From Blastocladiella emersonii ATCC 22665 (taxonomy: Eukaryota > Fungi > Blastocladiomycota), in contig JANHCV010000017.1 of assembly GCA_025594325.1 (NCBI GenBank), positions 1-64,000 of the forward strand: DNA of 64,000 nucleotides, given 5' to 3'. The notes below the pieces were generated by a model. The model ran no database searches and was not told where the DNA came from. It worked only from the letters and a program-made list of their open reading frames with translations. Below are positions 1-9,639 of the stretch, piece after piece. The number at the start of each line of letters is the position of its first letter. Position 1 is the stretch's first letter. A program made the translations under genes and the position numbers.

Positions 1-290
1 ATGCTGGTTGGTGCACTGCAAGTTCCAGGGCCAGATTGGACTGGAGCAGGGCAAGCTGCTGGCGCGCAACAACAACGGGTTGGTACTGTGTTGGCACCAC
101 GTTGGACCATGCGCAACACCGCTCTGCTCCTGGCCGACCCTAAGCGAGGCTCATTGGGTGCCGCGTTGGTGGCGCTTGCTGGCAAAGAGAGCGGGGGAGG
201 GAATTGCACCAGTTGCTCAGGCCGGCCGGTCATCTGGTTGACAACGAGCGGGTTGACATTGAGGGCAATGCGGCCACACGTGGTAAGCTC
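1..290 (-). pseudogene. Degenerate 5' copy of the SRAP/HMCES gene (continues off the window start)
   Basis: The reverse complement aligns with 35123-~35410, including intron 1. The start ATG TGT GGC is changed to ACG TGT GGC, with many CG>TG/CA changes. Confidence 0.85.
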
Positions 291-661
291 CTGAGCTTCA
301 TCAAGGGCTAAAGCCCTCTTTTTTAGACCGCGTTGCGGCCGGATAGGGTGCAGACGCTCACGTGAGCATGTCGCCCTCTCGTCATGTGAATGTCCTCAAA
401 ACGCGTGACAGACGCGTCGTTTGTCATCTGACCGCTGTGGCGCAACGCGTCCTGTCTGCACACGTGACGTGCTTTGGCCCAACCCGCGGATGCGTGGGGT
501 TTGGCTGGTTGCGCAACGCGCGTTGCTCAACGCGCGGTGCGCTTTGCACCAATTTGCGTGGGAAGATCAGATCGTGGGAAAGTGAAAAGTGTATCTTTGA
601 GCGAAAGGAAACAAGAGTCTGCGCGAGGGGAATGAACAAAGTTGGGGCGGGAAAGAGTGTA

Positions 662-1531
662 TCAGGCTGACGAGGACAGGCGGCTGCTGCGGCGCTGCTT
701 GGGCTGCGCCTCGTGCTCGTTGTTGACAACGCACTCATTGTGCTCGTTGTTGACAACGCACTCCTTGTGCTCCTCCTTGGCGGCTGCGGCGGCGGTTGCC
801 GCCGTGCGCTTCGTCGCGTTGGCGGTAGACTTTGGGACACCAGCTTGGTTGTCACTGATGGCAGCGGGCGTGCACGCTGTGATCGCTGCGGTTGTCGGAG
901 CCGCAGCTGCAGCCACGTCGTCCATGTTGCACCCGACCGACACGGAGTTTGAGTCCAGCACCCCCACAACGATCTTGGTGATGCTGCCAATTGCGATAAA
1001 CGGGTGCGTCCAAATGGGGTCCGCGCAGCTTGGGAAGCCGCCGTACTTCTTGGTGCTGGTGTTCTTGCCGCCAGCGATCTTGGTGTTGGCGGGCGAGTTG
1101 ATGGCGGGCGACATGACAGCGGGCGGCTGGATCGCGTGCTCCTGCGTCACGGGCGCCGCGGCGGGCGAGACGACGGCGGCTGAGATGTCGATGGGCTGCT
1201 GGATTGGGAGCTGCTGCGCCGCGGGTTCCGCGGTAATTGAGGCGGCGACCTGCTGCACACCATGACCAGCGGCGCCCAATGCGACGCCGTTTGCCGCGGC
1301 GCGGGCGGCCTGGTGCGCGGCGAGGTTGTTGACAAAGTTCTTGAGGCCGTTGCGCATGCACTCGTGGTACACCTCCGTGGCCTCATTGAGCTTGGCCCGC
1401 ATGCCCTTCATTGTGCGTGGTACGCCTGCCAAGGTGAAGGCCTTGTCGCTGGGGAAGCCCAGGTCGTCGTCGGATTCCAACAAGTCCGACGCGTTCACGT
1501 TGCAGAGAAACCGCGGCCGCAGCAGTGCCAT
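662..1531 (-). CDS. Accessory/cargo ORF inside Helentron A, Ala/Thr-rich, unknown function (289 aa)
   Basis: Open 870-nt ATG-started ORF with no recognised domain. It contains a ~30-bp tandem duplication (EHKECVVNN/EHNECVVNN). Confidence 0.4.
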   Translation of the reverse strand: MALLRPRFLCNVNASDLLESDDDLGFPSDKAFTLAGVPRTMKGMRAKLNEATEVYHECMRNGLKNFVNNLAAHQAARAAANGVALGAAGHGVQQVAASITAEPAAQQLPIQQPIDISAAVVSPAAAPVTQEHAIQPPAVMSPAINSPANTKIAGGKNTSTKKYGGFPSCADPIWTHPFIAIGSITKIVVGVLDSNSVSVGCNMDDVAAAAAPTTAAITACTPAAISDNQAGVPKSTANATKRTAATAAAAAKEEHKECVVNNEHNECVVNNEHEAQPKQRRSSRLSSSA

Positions 1532-1599
1532 CAGCGTCCCGCAAGCCGGACCCGTGCTTGGCGTTGTTGGGGTCAGCGGCCCCGTGTACTTGGGCTCCT

Positions 1600-4500
1600 G
1601 CGGCTGGGCTGTCCAACATCCACAACGTGCGCGTCATTCAGATGACCAAGCTGCTCCGCGTCAACCAGGAGCACCTCTACCACCACCTCGCCAGCTGCAC
1701 GAAATGTCACAGCAAGGACAGGGGCGGCGGCAGGAACGTGTGCCGCTACGGGTTCCCGCGCAATTTCGTGCTCATGTCGCACATTGCGAGTTTCGAAGCT
1801 GGGTACGTAACTCGAAAGTACATGCGGCCATGAACACCAACTAACGGTTTCCTCACTTAGTGCTCCTCCCGCGTTGGCTGCCAACATGGACGTCAACGGT
1901 GCTCCGCCAACGGGCAACGGTGCACCACCTTCACAACGCCCTGCGACGTCCACGACGCCGCCGGGAACGTTTGTGCCGAGTCGTAACGTCGCGAGTTGGT
2001 GGCTCAACTCATATTGCCGCGTCTGGCGAGAAATCTTTCATTCAAACATGGACACACGGTTCCTCACGTCTTTCGGCACGTCCATCGTCGCGTTCTACGC
2101 GACCAAGTACTCGACCAGGGCGCGCGACATTATCGAGAATCACGCCGCCATCATCGCCGCGTACAAGGCGCGGCACCTGCGCTTTGACGCCGAGCCCGAC
2201 GCCTTCTCGCGCGGGCACAAGAAGCTCCTCTTGCTCGCGTACCACATGTCGGCGAACTGCATGGAGGTCCCCGAGACCATGGCCGCCCTGTTCCTGCACA
2301 CGTCGGCCGCGGGCATCTTCTCGCACAAGTTTGCGCCGCTGCTGCTCTACCAGGGCATCAAGTGGGTCAAGCTCGCAGGCGTCGCTGCCGGCGAGGCGAC
2401 CAACGAGGACGTGGAGTGCATCGTGTCCATGATCGGTATTGTTCCCGCAGTGCCATCTGGAGCCTCGACAAACACATCTCAGCATGGTATCGACCCGGAA
2501 ATGGCCGTCGACGTGCCCGAACCAGAACTTGGACCAGCCGTCGACGTTTGGCGCAGCGCCTTCACGACCACGCCAACGGATCCTGACGCGCGCGCGCGGT
2601 TCCTCGTCACCAAGGCCGCGGACTCGATCAGCAACTTTGCCTACGACAAACGCGGCGACGAGTGGAGCGACGAGAAGCAGCGCACTGTGCACACGCCCGC
2701 GTACGCGAGCCTCGCGCAGGTCTCGCTCAAGTTCAACCTCAACGAAGAGCAGCACCGCGCGTTCGTGCTATTCCTCATGCCGCTCATCGACACCTTCATC
2801 GGCGGCAGCGCGGGTATCGCAGACGCTGCGGCCTCGGCCGAGCAGAACGTGATCCTGTTGGGCCGCGATGACGTCCAACATGTCGTCGGAACCGCGGCCC
2901 TCCCGCCCATGAGCAAGGACCGGACGCCGATCATCCTCACCGGCTCGGGCGGCACGGGCAGGTCGCGCGTCGTCGATGCAATCCGATACTTTCTCGCGTC
3001 CTGGAACCGGGAAAAGTGCCTCATGGTCATGGCCATGACCGGGATCGCGGCCGCCAACATTGGCGGTACGACCATCCACGCTGCGTTCTCTTTTTCGCTA
3101 AGGCCAAAAGAAAACAGCCCGGACGTGGCCCGTTTGCGTACCGATCCTGCGGTTGCCATCGCGTGGAAAGGGCGTTTCTTCGTTGGCATTGACGAGTTCT
3201 CCATGCGCGACGCGACTTTACACGGCCGTATCGACGCGAACCTGCGCCTCCTGAGGCGGTGCGACGAACCATTCGGCGGGTGCATCGTCATGCTCGCTGG
3301 CGATCATTTACAGCTGCCTCCCGTCAATGGAACTGCCCTGTACAAGGTGCCCGCCGTGCTCAACGACGCGCTGGACTCGTTCTACCTGTCCATGACGTCA
3401 AATCAATTGACGGTCCCCGAGCACGTGGATTGAGGCCAGGTCGCGTACTGGCGCACTACACGCGCTGTTCGTCTCGTGAAGAGCAACCGATTTGTTGACG
3501 ATCCACCATGGTGCAACGAAATGGACGCACTCCGCCTTGTCAAGGCGTTGGACACGCTGTGCGACATGATCAACTCGCGTACGACCACTCAGCTTCAGCA
3601 GCAGGTCGACAAAAACGGCAACAACGTCCTCAAAGAGATCCCCAAGCAGCCCGGACTCACAGTTATCGCGCCCGACAACCACACGCGCCACGCCTTCAAC
3701 CTGCTCTACACGCGGCTCGCAGCAGCAAACCCGAACCGCATCGTGTTCCAGTTCAAGGGCAACATCACGCGCCCGCGTGATAGGCGCCGCACGCGTGAAC
3801 GCGTCGCTATCTGCGACAAGGACGTGTTCCGCCTTGGAGGAGAGCCAGAAACCACGACTGAACTGCCGGCCATCCTCGAGCTCTTCGTCGGAATGGAGAT
3901 GCGCGTCAAGACCAACCAGTGCGTAGCAAAGGGGTGCGCGAACGGTGCGGTTGGCGTCGTGCACCACATCGACTGGAAGCCCAAGACCACGTTTACGCGA
4001 ACCGCGTCCAACATGTACCGGCCATCCTGCGCTCCACTCAACGTGTGGATCGACCTGCCCGACGCTCCTTGTGGCCCTCGCTTCCCGGGCATGCCGGCCG
4101 CGTGGCCTGACACGGTCATCCCGCTTGCCGTGGAGAAGAAGGACCTCCTGTACATGGCGGGCGGTTCCCCGTCGCGAGAGCGGGTCGTCAGCACAACCGG
4201 GGATTCGCTCCCACTCTGTGTCAACAACACCAAGACCAACAGGAGCAAGTATTCTAATCATGTCGTCGCGCACATCGAGCAGTAATCGATGGTACCAGCC
4301 TTCGCCATGACGGTCCACGGGGTTCAAGGCGGGACCAAGAACGCCATCGCCCTGGCAGATCCCCGTCCCGCGGGCATGGAGCGTCTCATCAGCGGCGCTT
4401 CCCTGTACGTGGCGTTATCGCGGCTTCGTCGTTCAAAGTACCTGTGGGTGCTTCAGCCGATCCCAAGAGTCGTGCTCAAGTCCATGAAGCCGGATCCACT

Positions 4501-4765
4501 TGCAGTGGCTGAGGACAAGCGGCTCCAGATGCTCGACGAGCTGACCAAGACCGTTTTCAATCAAGGTACAGCCATCGCACCAGGCGACCCGCGCATCGCC
4601 AAGCTCTTCGACGACGCGATTCTCTTCTCGCGCCAGCACGCGGCTGAGAAGCTAGTCGCCAAGCGCGCGTCAGATGCTCTCGACGCAAGGTTTTGGCGAT
4701 TGGCCAACAAACGTGCTGGAGGCGAGGACGGCTTACAGAACGCCAAGAAACAGAAAACACAGTAG
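1600..4765 (+). pseudogene. Helitron RepHel remnant: C-terminal Rep-linked motif plus PIF1-like SF1B helicase, inactivated
   Basis: HLYHHLASCTK...CRYGFP, then a GT..AG intron at 1803-1860 joins in frame to AANMDVN. Motifs present: Walker A GSGGTGRS, IDEFSM, GDHLQLPPV, NGAVGVV, PAFAMTVHGVQG, YVALSR. ORFs 1874-3433, 3476-4285 and 4289-4765 share one frame broken by TGA(3431) and TAA(4283). No HUH motifs were found. Confidence 0.85.
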
Positions 4766-5589
4766 AGTATTAACGTAGTGTATTCCATCATCTAATCCGT
4801 CAATAGCACGATTTCCATAGCTCGATCACCTAAATCTCCTGTGCGGGACGCACGGGACAGCACCTCCACCAGTCGTGCACCATACGTGGCGGGGGCTTTA
4901 GCCCTCGATTGAAAACCAAACGCGAAGCGTTTAGGTGCCTCAAGTATAATTGAGGGCTAAAGCCCTCTTTTTAGACCGCGCCACGGCCGGATAGGGTGCC
5001 GACGCTCACGTGAGCATGTCGCCCTCTCGTCATGTGAGTGTCCTCAAAACGCGTGACAGACGCGTCGTTTGTCATGTGATCGCTGTGGCGCAACGCGTCC
5101 TGGCCGTGCACGTGATTGGCCTCGGCCCAACCCCCGGAACCGCGTCGCTTGACGCTGTTCCGCTCGGCCATTGCGGAACGTTTAACGCTTTGCACCGACC
5201 CTCGACCAGGCCCGCGAGACTCCGAGCACATGAAAGCGTGAGAGATGCAGAAGCGCGGTAAGCCGCTAATGGAGCCCGTGCTTGGCGTGCGTGTTGGAAA
5301 ACGGAGCCCGTGTTCGGTGCACTTCCTTAAACGACGCGGTTCACCTGGGATTCCCTAACGCAGGCTCGTTGACGTGGGCGCGAGTTCTACGGTTGCACCA
5401 AGAACGACTTGCGAGGTCCCATGAACGTGAGTTCGAGTGAGGACTGCGAGGTCGAGAGATCCGCTCTTTGAGTTGCGGTCCGTTACACGGACGGGTCGCT
5501 CTGTGGCTTGGGTTTGCCAGACGTTGCAGCGGGCGCAGACGTCTTCGTGAGCGGATCGCTGGAGCTCGCTGTTCGCGTGGGTGCGGGTC

Positions 5590-6470
5590 CGCGCAACGTG
5601 CTCGCTCGAGTGGGCCGTGCTCCGCTGGATCATCGCGGCCCGCGAGCTCCAGGTCGAGTGGGTCCGTGGCCACGCCGTGAACTTGGAGAATGAGGAGGCC
5701 GACGCGCTCGCCAACAAGGGCTGCCGCGCATCTCCCGCTGCGAATCGCCGCCGCCGTCCGCGCGGACCTCGATGCGCCCTTCAAGGCGCGCAGGCACGGC
5801 TGCGACTTCAACTCAGTCCCGCGACGCGCTCTCAGCCGCCTGCGCGACGCGCGACACGACCCGCTGCTCGCTCTGACCGCGTCCGCTGGCATCACGTCCT
5901 CCCCACATCGATGTCCCAGCCCTTGTCACTGCGCTTCGGGGCAGCACGCGCCGCATCCACCCGAGCGAGTCCCTCACCGCGAACTCGCTCCCGTGCTTCC
6001 AGCTCCGCGCGCTCGCAGGCCAGCTGCCGACCCGGCGGCTGTTTGTACCAGCTCTGGCCGCACCGCTACGAGTCCCCCAACTGCGCCGAATGCCCAAAAA
6101 CTGGCGGCAAGGTCGCCGACACTCAAGCGTACGCGTTTGAGTGCACACTCTTCGCGCGCAATCGTCTCCGCGGCACTGGACGACGTCCGCATTGTAAACG
6201 CCCTCGCGGCGGTCGACAAGGGCTAGATCGGGGGCGGGTTCCGCACCAGCGTCACCGGATCGCTCGCCGAGCGCCTTCTCAACCCAAAACACATGAAGCA
6301 CCGTGGCCGCCATCGTGGACGCACCACTCGTCGCGTGGTTCAAACAGCTTTACTGAGACGAACTCATCGATCCACGCCTCGCGCTCCTGCCGCGACGGCC
6401 ATCGCCTCGAGCGCCATGCAGGAGCTTGCTTGGCGCCCGCGCTGCAACGCGATCGCTGATGCCGCGCTGG
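5590..6470 (+). pseudogene. 3' fragment of a non-LTR retrotransposon ORF (RNase H C-terminus plus Cys/His zinc-binding tail)
   Basis: LQVEWVRGHAVNLENEEADALANKG is an RNase H C-terminal motif. It is followed, through frameshifts, by QLPTR..LYQLWPHRYESPNCAEC...DTQAYAFEC. Confidence 0.65.
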
Positions 6471-6557
6471 TGGTTCATGATGGTGCCCTACCGTCACTCA
6501 ACGCGAGCGACCAGCCGCACCGCCCTCCGTTGAAGCGCGCGCACCGCAGCACTTGGT

Positions 6558-6623
6558 CGACGCGCTGTGCTGCGACGCGCTGTGCTGCGACGCGCTGTGC
6601 TGCGACGCGCTATGCTGCGACGC
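6558..6623 (+). repeat. 15-bp minisatellite (CGACGCGCTGTGCTG) x ~4.4
   Basis: Direct tandem units visible near the 3' end of element B. Confidence 0.9.
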
Positions 6624-6758
6624 ATAAAACCCGTTCAAAGTGCTCCCAACCGTCCTTGGACGAACGCGGCCCAACAGGGCTTAAGCGGTGAACGTGGCGC
6701 GGGCTTTAGCCCTCGATTGAAAATCAGACGCGAAGCGTCTAGGTGACTCAAGTATAAT

Positions 6759-6855
6759 AATACTAGCAACTGGTCAAAGAAACAAGAGAGAGAGGGAATG
6801 CAGGGTTGCACGTGTCTGGTGGCTGTGGCGCAACGCGATCACGTGTACTTAAACT
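6759..6855 (-). mobile_element. Diverged partial LTR related to the Copia LTRs at 11420/18771
   Basis: AATACTAGCAACTGGTCAAAG..GAGAGAGG matches 11588 onward. The end GTGGCGCAACGCGATCACGTGTACTTAAACT matches the LTR end TACTTGAACT. Internal deletion and CG>TG changes. Confidence 0.8.
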
Positions 6856-7439
6856 GCTTGAATCTCAACAAAACCACACAGACACTAAACGAGAGAGGAC
6901 CCTAGGGGGGCGCTCATTACATCACTTTCGGAAGAGACCTTGGGGGCTGAGCGCACGAGAACGAGTTAAGGGCGGCTTGCGCGGAGGGTTTGAGCGCGCA
7001 GCGTTCCTGACTCCACCTTCTTGACCGGAGTGACGGCCCCGTCCGCTGCAGCAAAAGCAAACTACGAGCTGACCCTACCCCGCAACAGAGCCGGCACCAC
7101 AAACCCACCGCGCGCCGGCCAAGAGCTAGAAAACCTTGGACGAGGCTCCATCAATCAGAGGGCCGGGGCGCGTGACGTGTACGGATTCTTACACCAACTG
7201 AGATGGCGCGCCTGGCTTATCTTCTGCCGGGCCCTAGGCTGTGCGCCAACCGCCAAGACCCAGGCTCTCGCCGTGTCACCTGAACCGAGTTTGGTCAAGC
7301 TTCGCCTCATATATAAAGCTTGGCCAAGCTCCATTTGCATGTAAAGAGGAATCAAAATTTAAGCAAGCACGGTCAAGCTTGAAGGAGAGGCTTCAAAGCT
7401 TGGTCAGATGGTCAAGCGTATGACCGTTTTGCGATGCGA

Positions 7440-7965
7440 GTCGCTCCTGAGGGTGCAGCTCTGTGCGCTCGCGGGCCGCCAGCTGCCGACCCGCGTCTAC
7501 CTGCTTCAATCCCGGCCGCACCGCTACAAGTCGCAAAACTGCGTTGAGCGAAGCAAGGTTGGCTTTGAGGCCGCCGACACTCATGCGCATGCGTTTTCAA
7601 AGCACGCCCCGCGCGCGTTCGTCCCCGCGGCGCTTGAGGATGCCGCCACACGCGTCGGCAACGCCCTCGTGGCAGTCGCCAAGACTGAGATTTGGTGGCG
7701 GCCTCCGCTCCAGCGTCGCCCGCTCGTTCGCTGAGTAGATCCTCAGTTCTAACCCCATCAAACGCACCGCGAACGCCATCATGGACGCGCCGCTCATTGC
7801 GTGGTTCAAGCGGATAGATAGCCACCTGCGCAAGCTCATTAAACCGCGCCTCACACTCCATGCGGCGATAGTCATGGCCTCGAGCACCATCCGTGAGCAC
7901 TCATGGCGCCCGCGCTGCAGCGCGATCGCCAAAGCCGCGCCAGTGACCCAAGACGCTCCCCCGCC
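7440..7965 (+). pseudogene. Second, diverged non-LTR retrotransposon 3' fragment
   Basis: QLPTRVYLLQSRPHRYKSQNC...DTHAHAF and ASSTIREHSWRPRCSAIA are homologous to the fragment in element B (ASSAMQELAWRPRCNAIA). Confidence 0.6.
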
Positions 7966-8299
7966 ATCACCAAACCGCGCCTGCCGAGGCCCCATGGATC
8001 GAGGGTGGATCCACCTCGAGCCTTCCAGCGCTGGATCCAGCATTAATCTTGCGCTGGATCCAGATTTCGCAGATTGGATCCACAATCATGAAAGGTGGAT
8101 CCAGCCTTGACTGAGATGAGCTGGAATGAGCTTGGCAGCAGCCTGGATCGAGACGTTGATCTACTTTCTTGAAAGTGGACCCACACTTTGATCCACGCGG
8201 CCTGGATTAACTTGTTGGAAAGGTAGTTCTGGGCATTGATCAACGTCTAAACCCAACTCGTGCGCAAGCGAAACCAGGAGCTGATCAACGACGACCATG

Positions 8300-8950
8300 G
8301 TGGTGAAGGAACTCGTGCGAAAATGTATCAAAAATGGTCCCAACGACCCAGAAAAGCATTTGAATAGACGTGTTTGTGCTGCGGCAGGATGAGCTCGAGT
8401 TCATCGCCAAACATCGTGTTTGCGCCGCCAGGATCGCGGCGGTCCACAAAGTCGAGCGAGTTGGCGATCTGCGGCATCATGAGCAGCGTGAGGCTCGCAG
8501 CGTCGTCGTACACGTTGAAGAGGTACTCGGTGTACCCGCCCTGGTGCGCCGACGATGGCCGGTTCCCGTTCGGCGCGACGTGAAGGAAGGCCGAGATGGC
8601 CGACAGCGGCACGATGTGGAACTCGCACGTGGTGGGTTAGGTGGGAAGGTGAGAGAACGGCTGCGGGGCGTATAGGCCCAGCGGAACGACGCGCGGCACC
8701 GACTGGTAGAGGTGGAACCGCTCGGCGAGCATGATCTCAAGTTCAAGGTTGTCCAACTCCAGGTCGGAGGGCCAGGTGCGCGGATTCCGCTTAGCGAAGC
8801 ACATCCAAGGGCAGCGGCAAACTTTAAGTACTACCTGAGCCTCACGAAAATTCACAAAGGGACAGTCTTCACGGCCGCCGCGACGACACTCTTCGCGGGG
8901 GGAGCGCGGCGGGATGGCTCGCCATCCAACTAGGCCCGCGTCGACCAATT
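8300..8950 (-). pseudogene. Possible degenerate DDE (Mutator-like) transposase fragments
   Basis: Weak resemblance only. CRRGG..CRCPWMCFAK..W resembles a MULE/FAR1-type Zn motif, and GDELELIL..HVYSNAFLGRWDH resembles the xD..al..vfp...lCxWH region. Confidence 0.25.
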
Positions 8951-9639
8951 TTCAACGCTCACGGCATGGCCATGCGCTTGCCGCAAGTGATTCGTGAATA
9001 ATTCATAGAGTGCAGCGTCGCGGTGCTGTCACCGGGAGGAGAGAACGCCGCTGCAACGAAGCGCCGAGCAAAACGCGTCGGAATGAGGTCACGCGTGGGC
9101 GCGCCGCTCGTTTCAGCCGCGTTCGCTTTTGCGGACTCTGCGTCGCCACGGCTCGCGCTCCCTCGCCCCACCACCAGCGGCCATGCTATCGACCCACTCG
9201 ACTCTCGCACCTCATGCTGCAACGGCGCTCGTGGGGTCCGCGGCAACGTGTTTGCGTCGATCCTGACCAAGTTCGCGATCCTGACCAAGTTCACGACATG
9301 GTACGCGGTGTGCGACTCGGCCTACTTCCCCCATTGACCGAGACTAACACGTTCGCGGCCGCCATGAATAGGGCGCCGAGTACGCCAAGTCGCGGCGACA
9401 AGGGCCGCCCCTCAACCATCGCGTCGACTCGCGCACGACGCGCTCAAGCCCGCGCGGTACGGTTCCTCTCCTTCGTGTTCTCGAGGCGATTTGCGCTGCG
9501 TGCGGGCGACGCAGACCTCGAGCTACCGAGCGGATTCGCTCGTGTCGTCCGTCAGTGCGGGTCTTGGCGACGTCGCTCGCGTGCTCGCGTTGATCGGACT
9601 CGTCGCCTGACTTTTTGCTCACTTGTCTCCGCCACGTCG

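Larger units (their letters stand above)
301..4950 (+). mobile_element. Helitron2/Helentron-type element A
   Basis: 5' hairpin/subTIR (A)GGGCTAAAGCCCTC at 304-318. Inverted 3' subTIR GGGCTTTAGCCCTC at 4893-4906. 3' hairpin AAACGC-GAA-GCGTTT at 4918-4932. Encloses a PIF1-type helicase and a post-Rep HxH..C..K..CRYGFP motif. Confidence 0.85.
4951..6758 (+). mobile_element. Non-autonomous Helentron (HINE-like) element B, head-to-tail with A
   Basis: 5' GAGGGCTAAAGCCCTC at 4952-4967, and the first ~180 bp are a close copy of the start of A. 3' subTIR at 6701-6714, hairpin AGACGC-GAA-GCGTCT at 6726-6740, ends CAAGTATAAT like A. Confidence 0.85.

Noticed and set aside
1-290. HMCES copy as a retrocopy
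   Set aside because: It retains intron 1.
3431-4285. In-frame TGA/TAA in the helicase as recoding or read-through
   Set aside because: Two different stops, a Walker A K>R change and C>T decay nearby make pseudogenisation the simpler explanation.
8328-8612. Second PIF1 helicase fragment
   Set aside because: The resemblance (YDDAAS, MFGD) is too weak and fits a Mutator-like remnant equally well; left unassigned.
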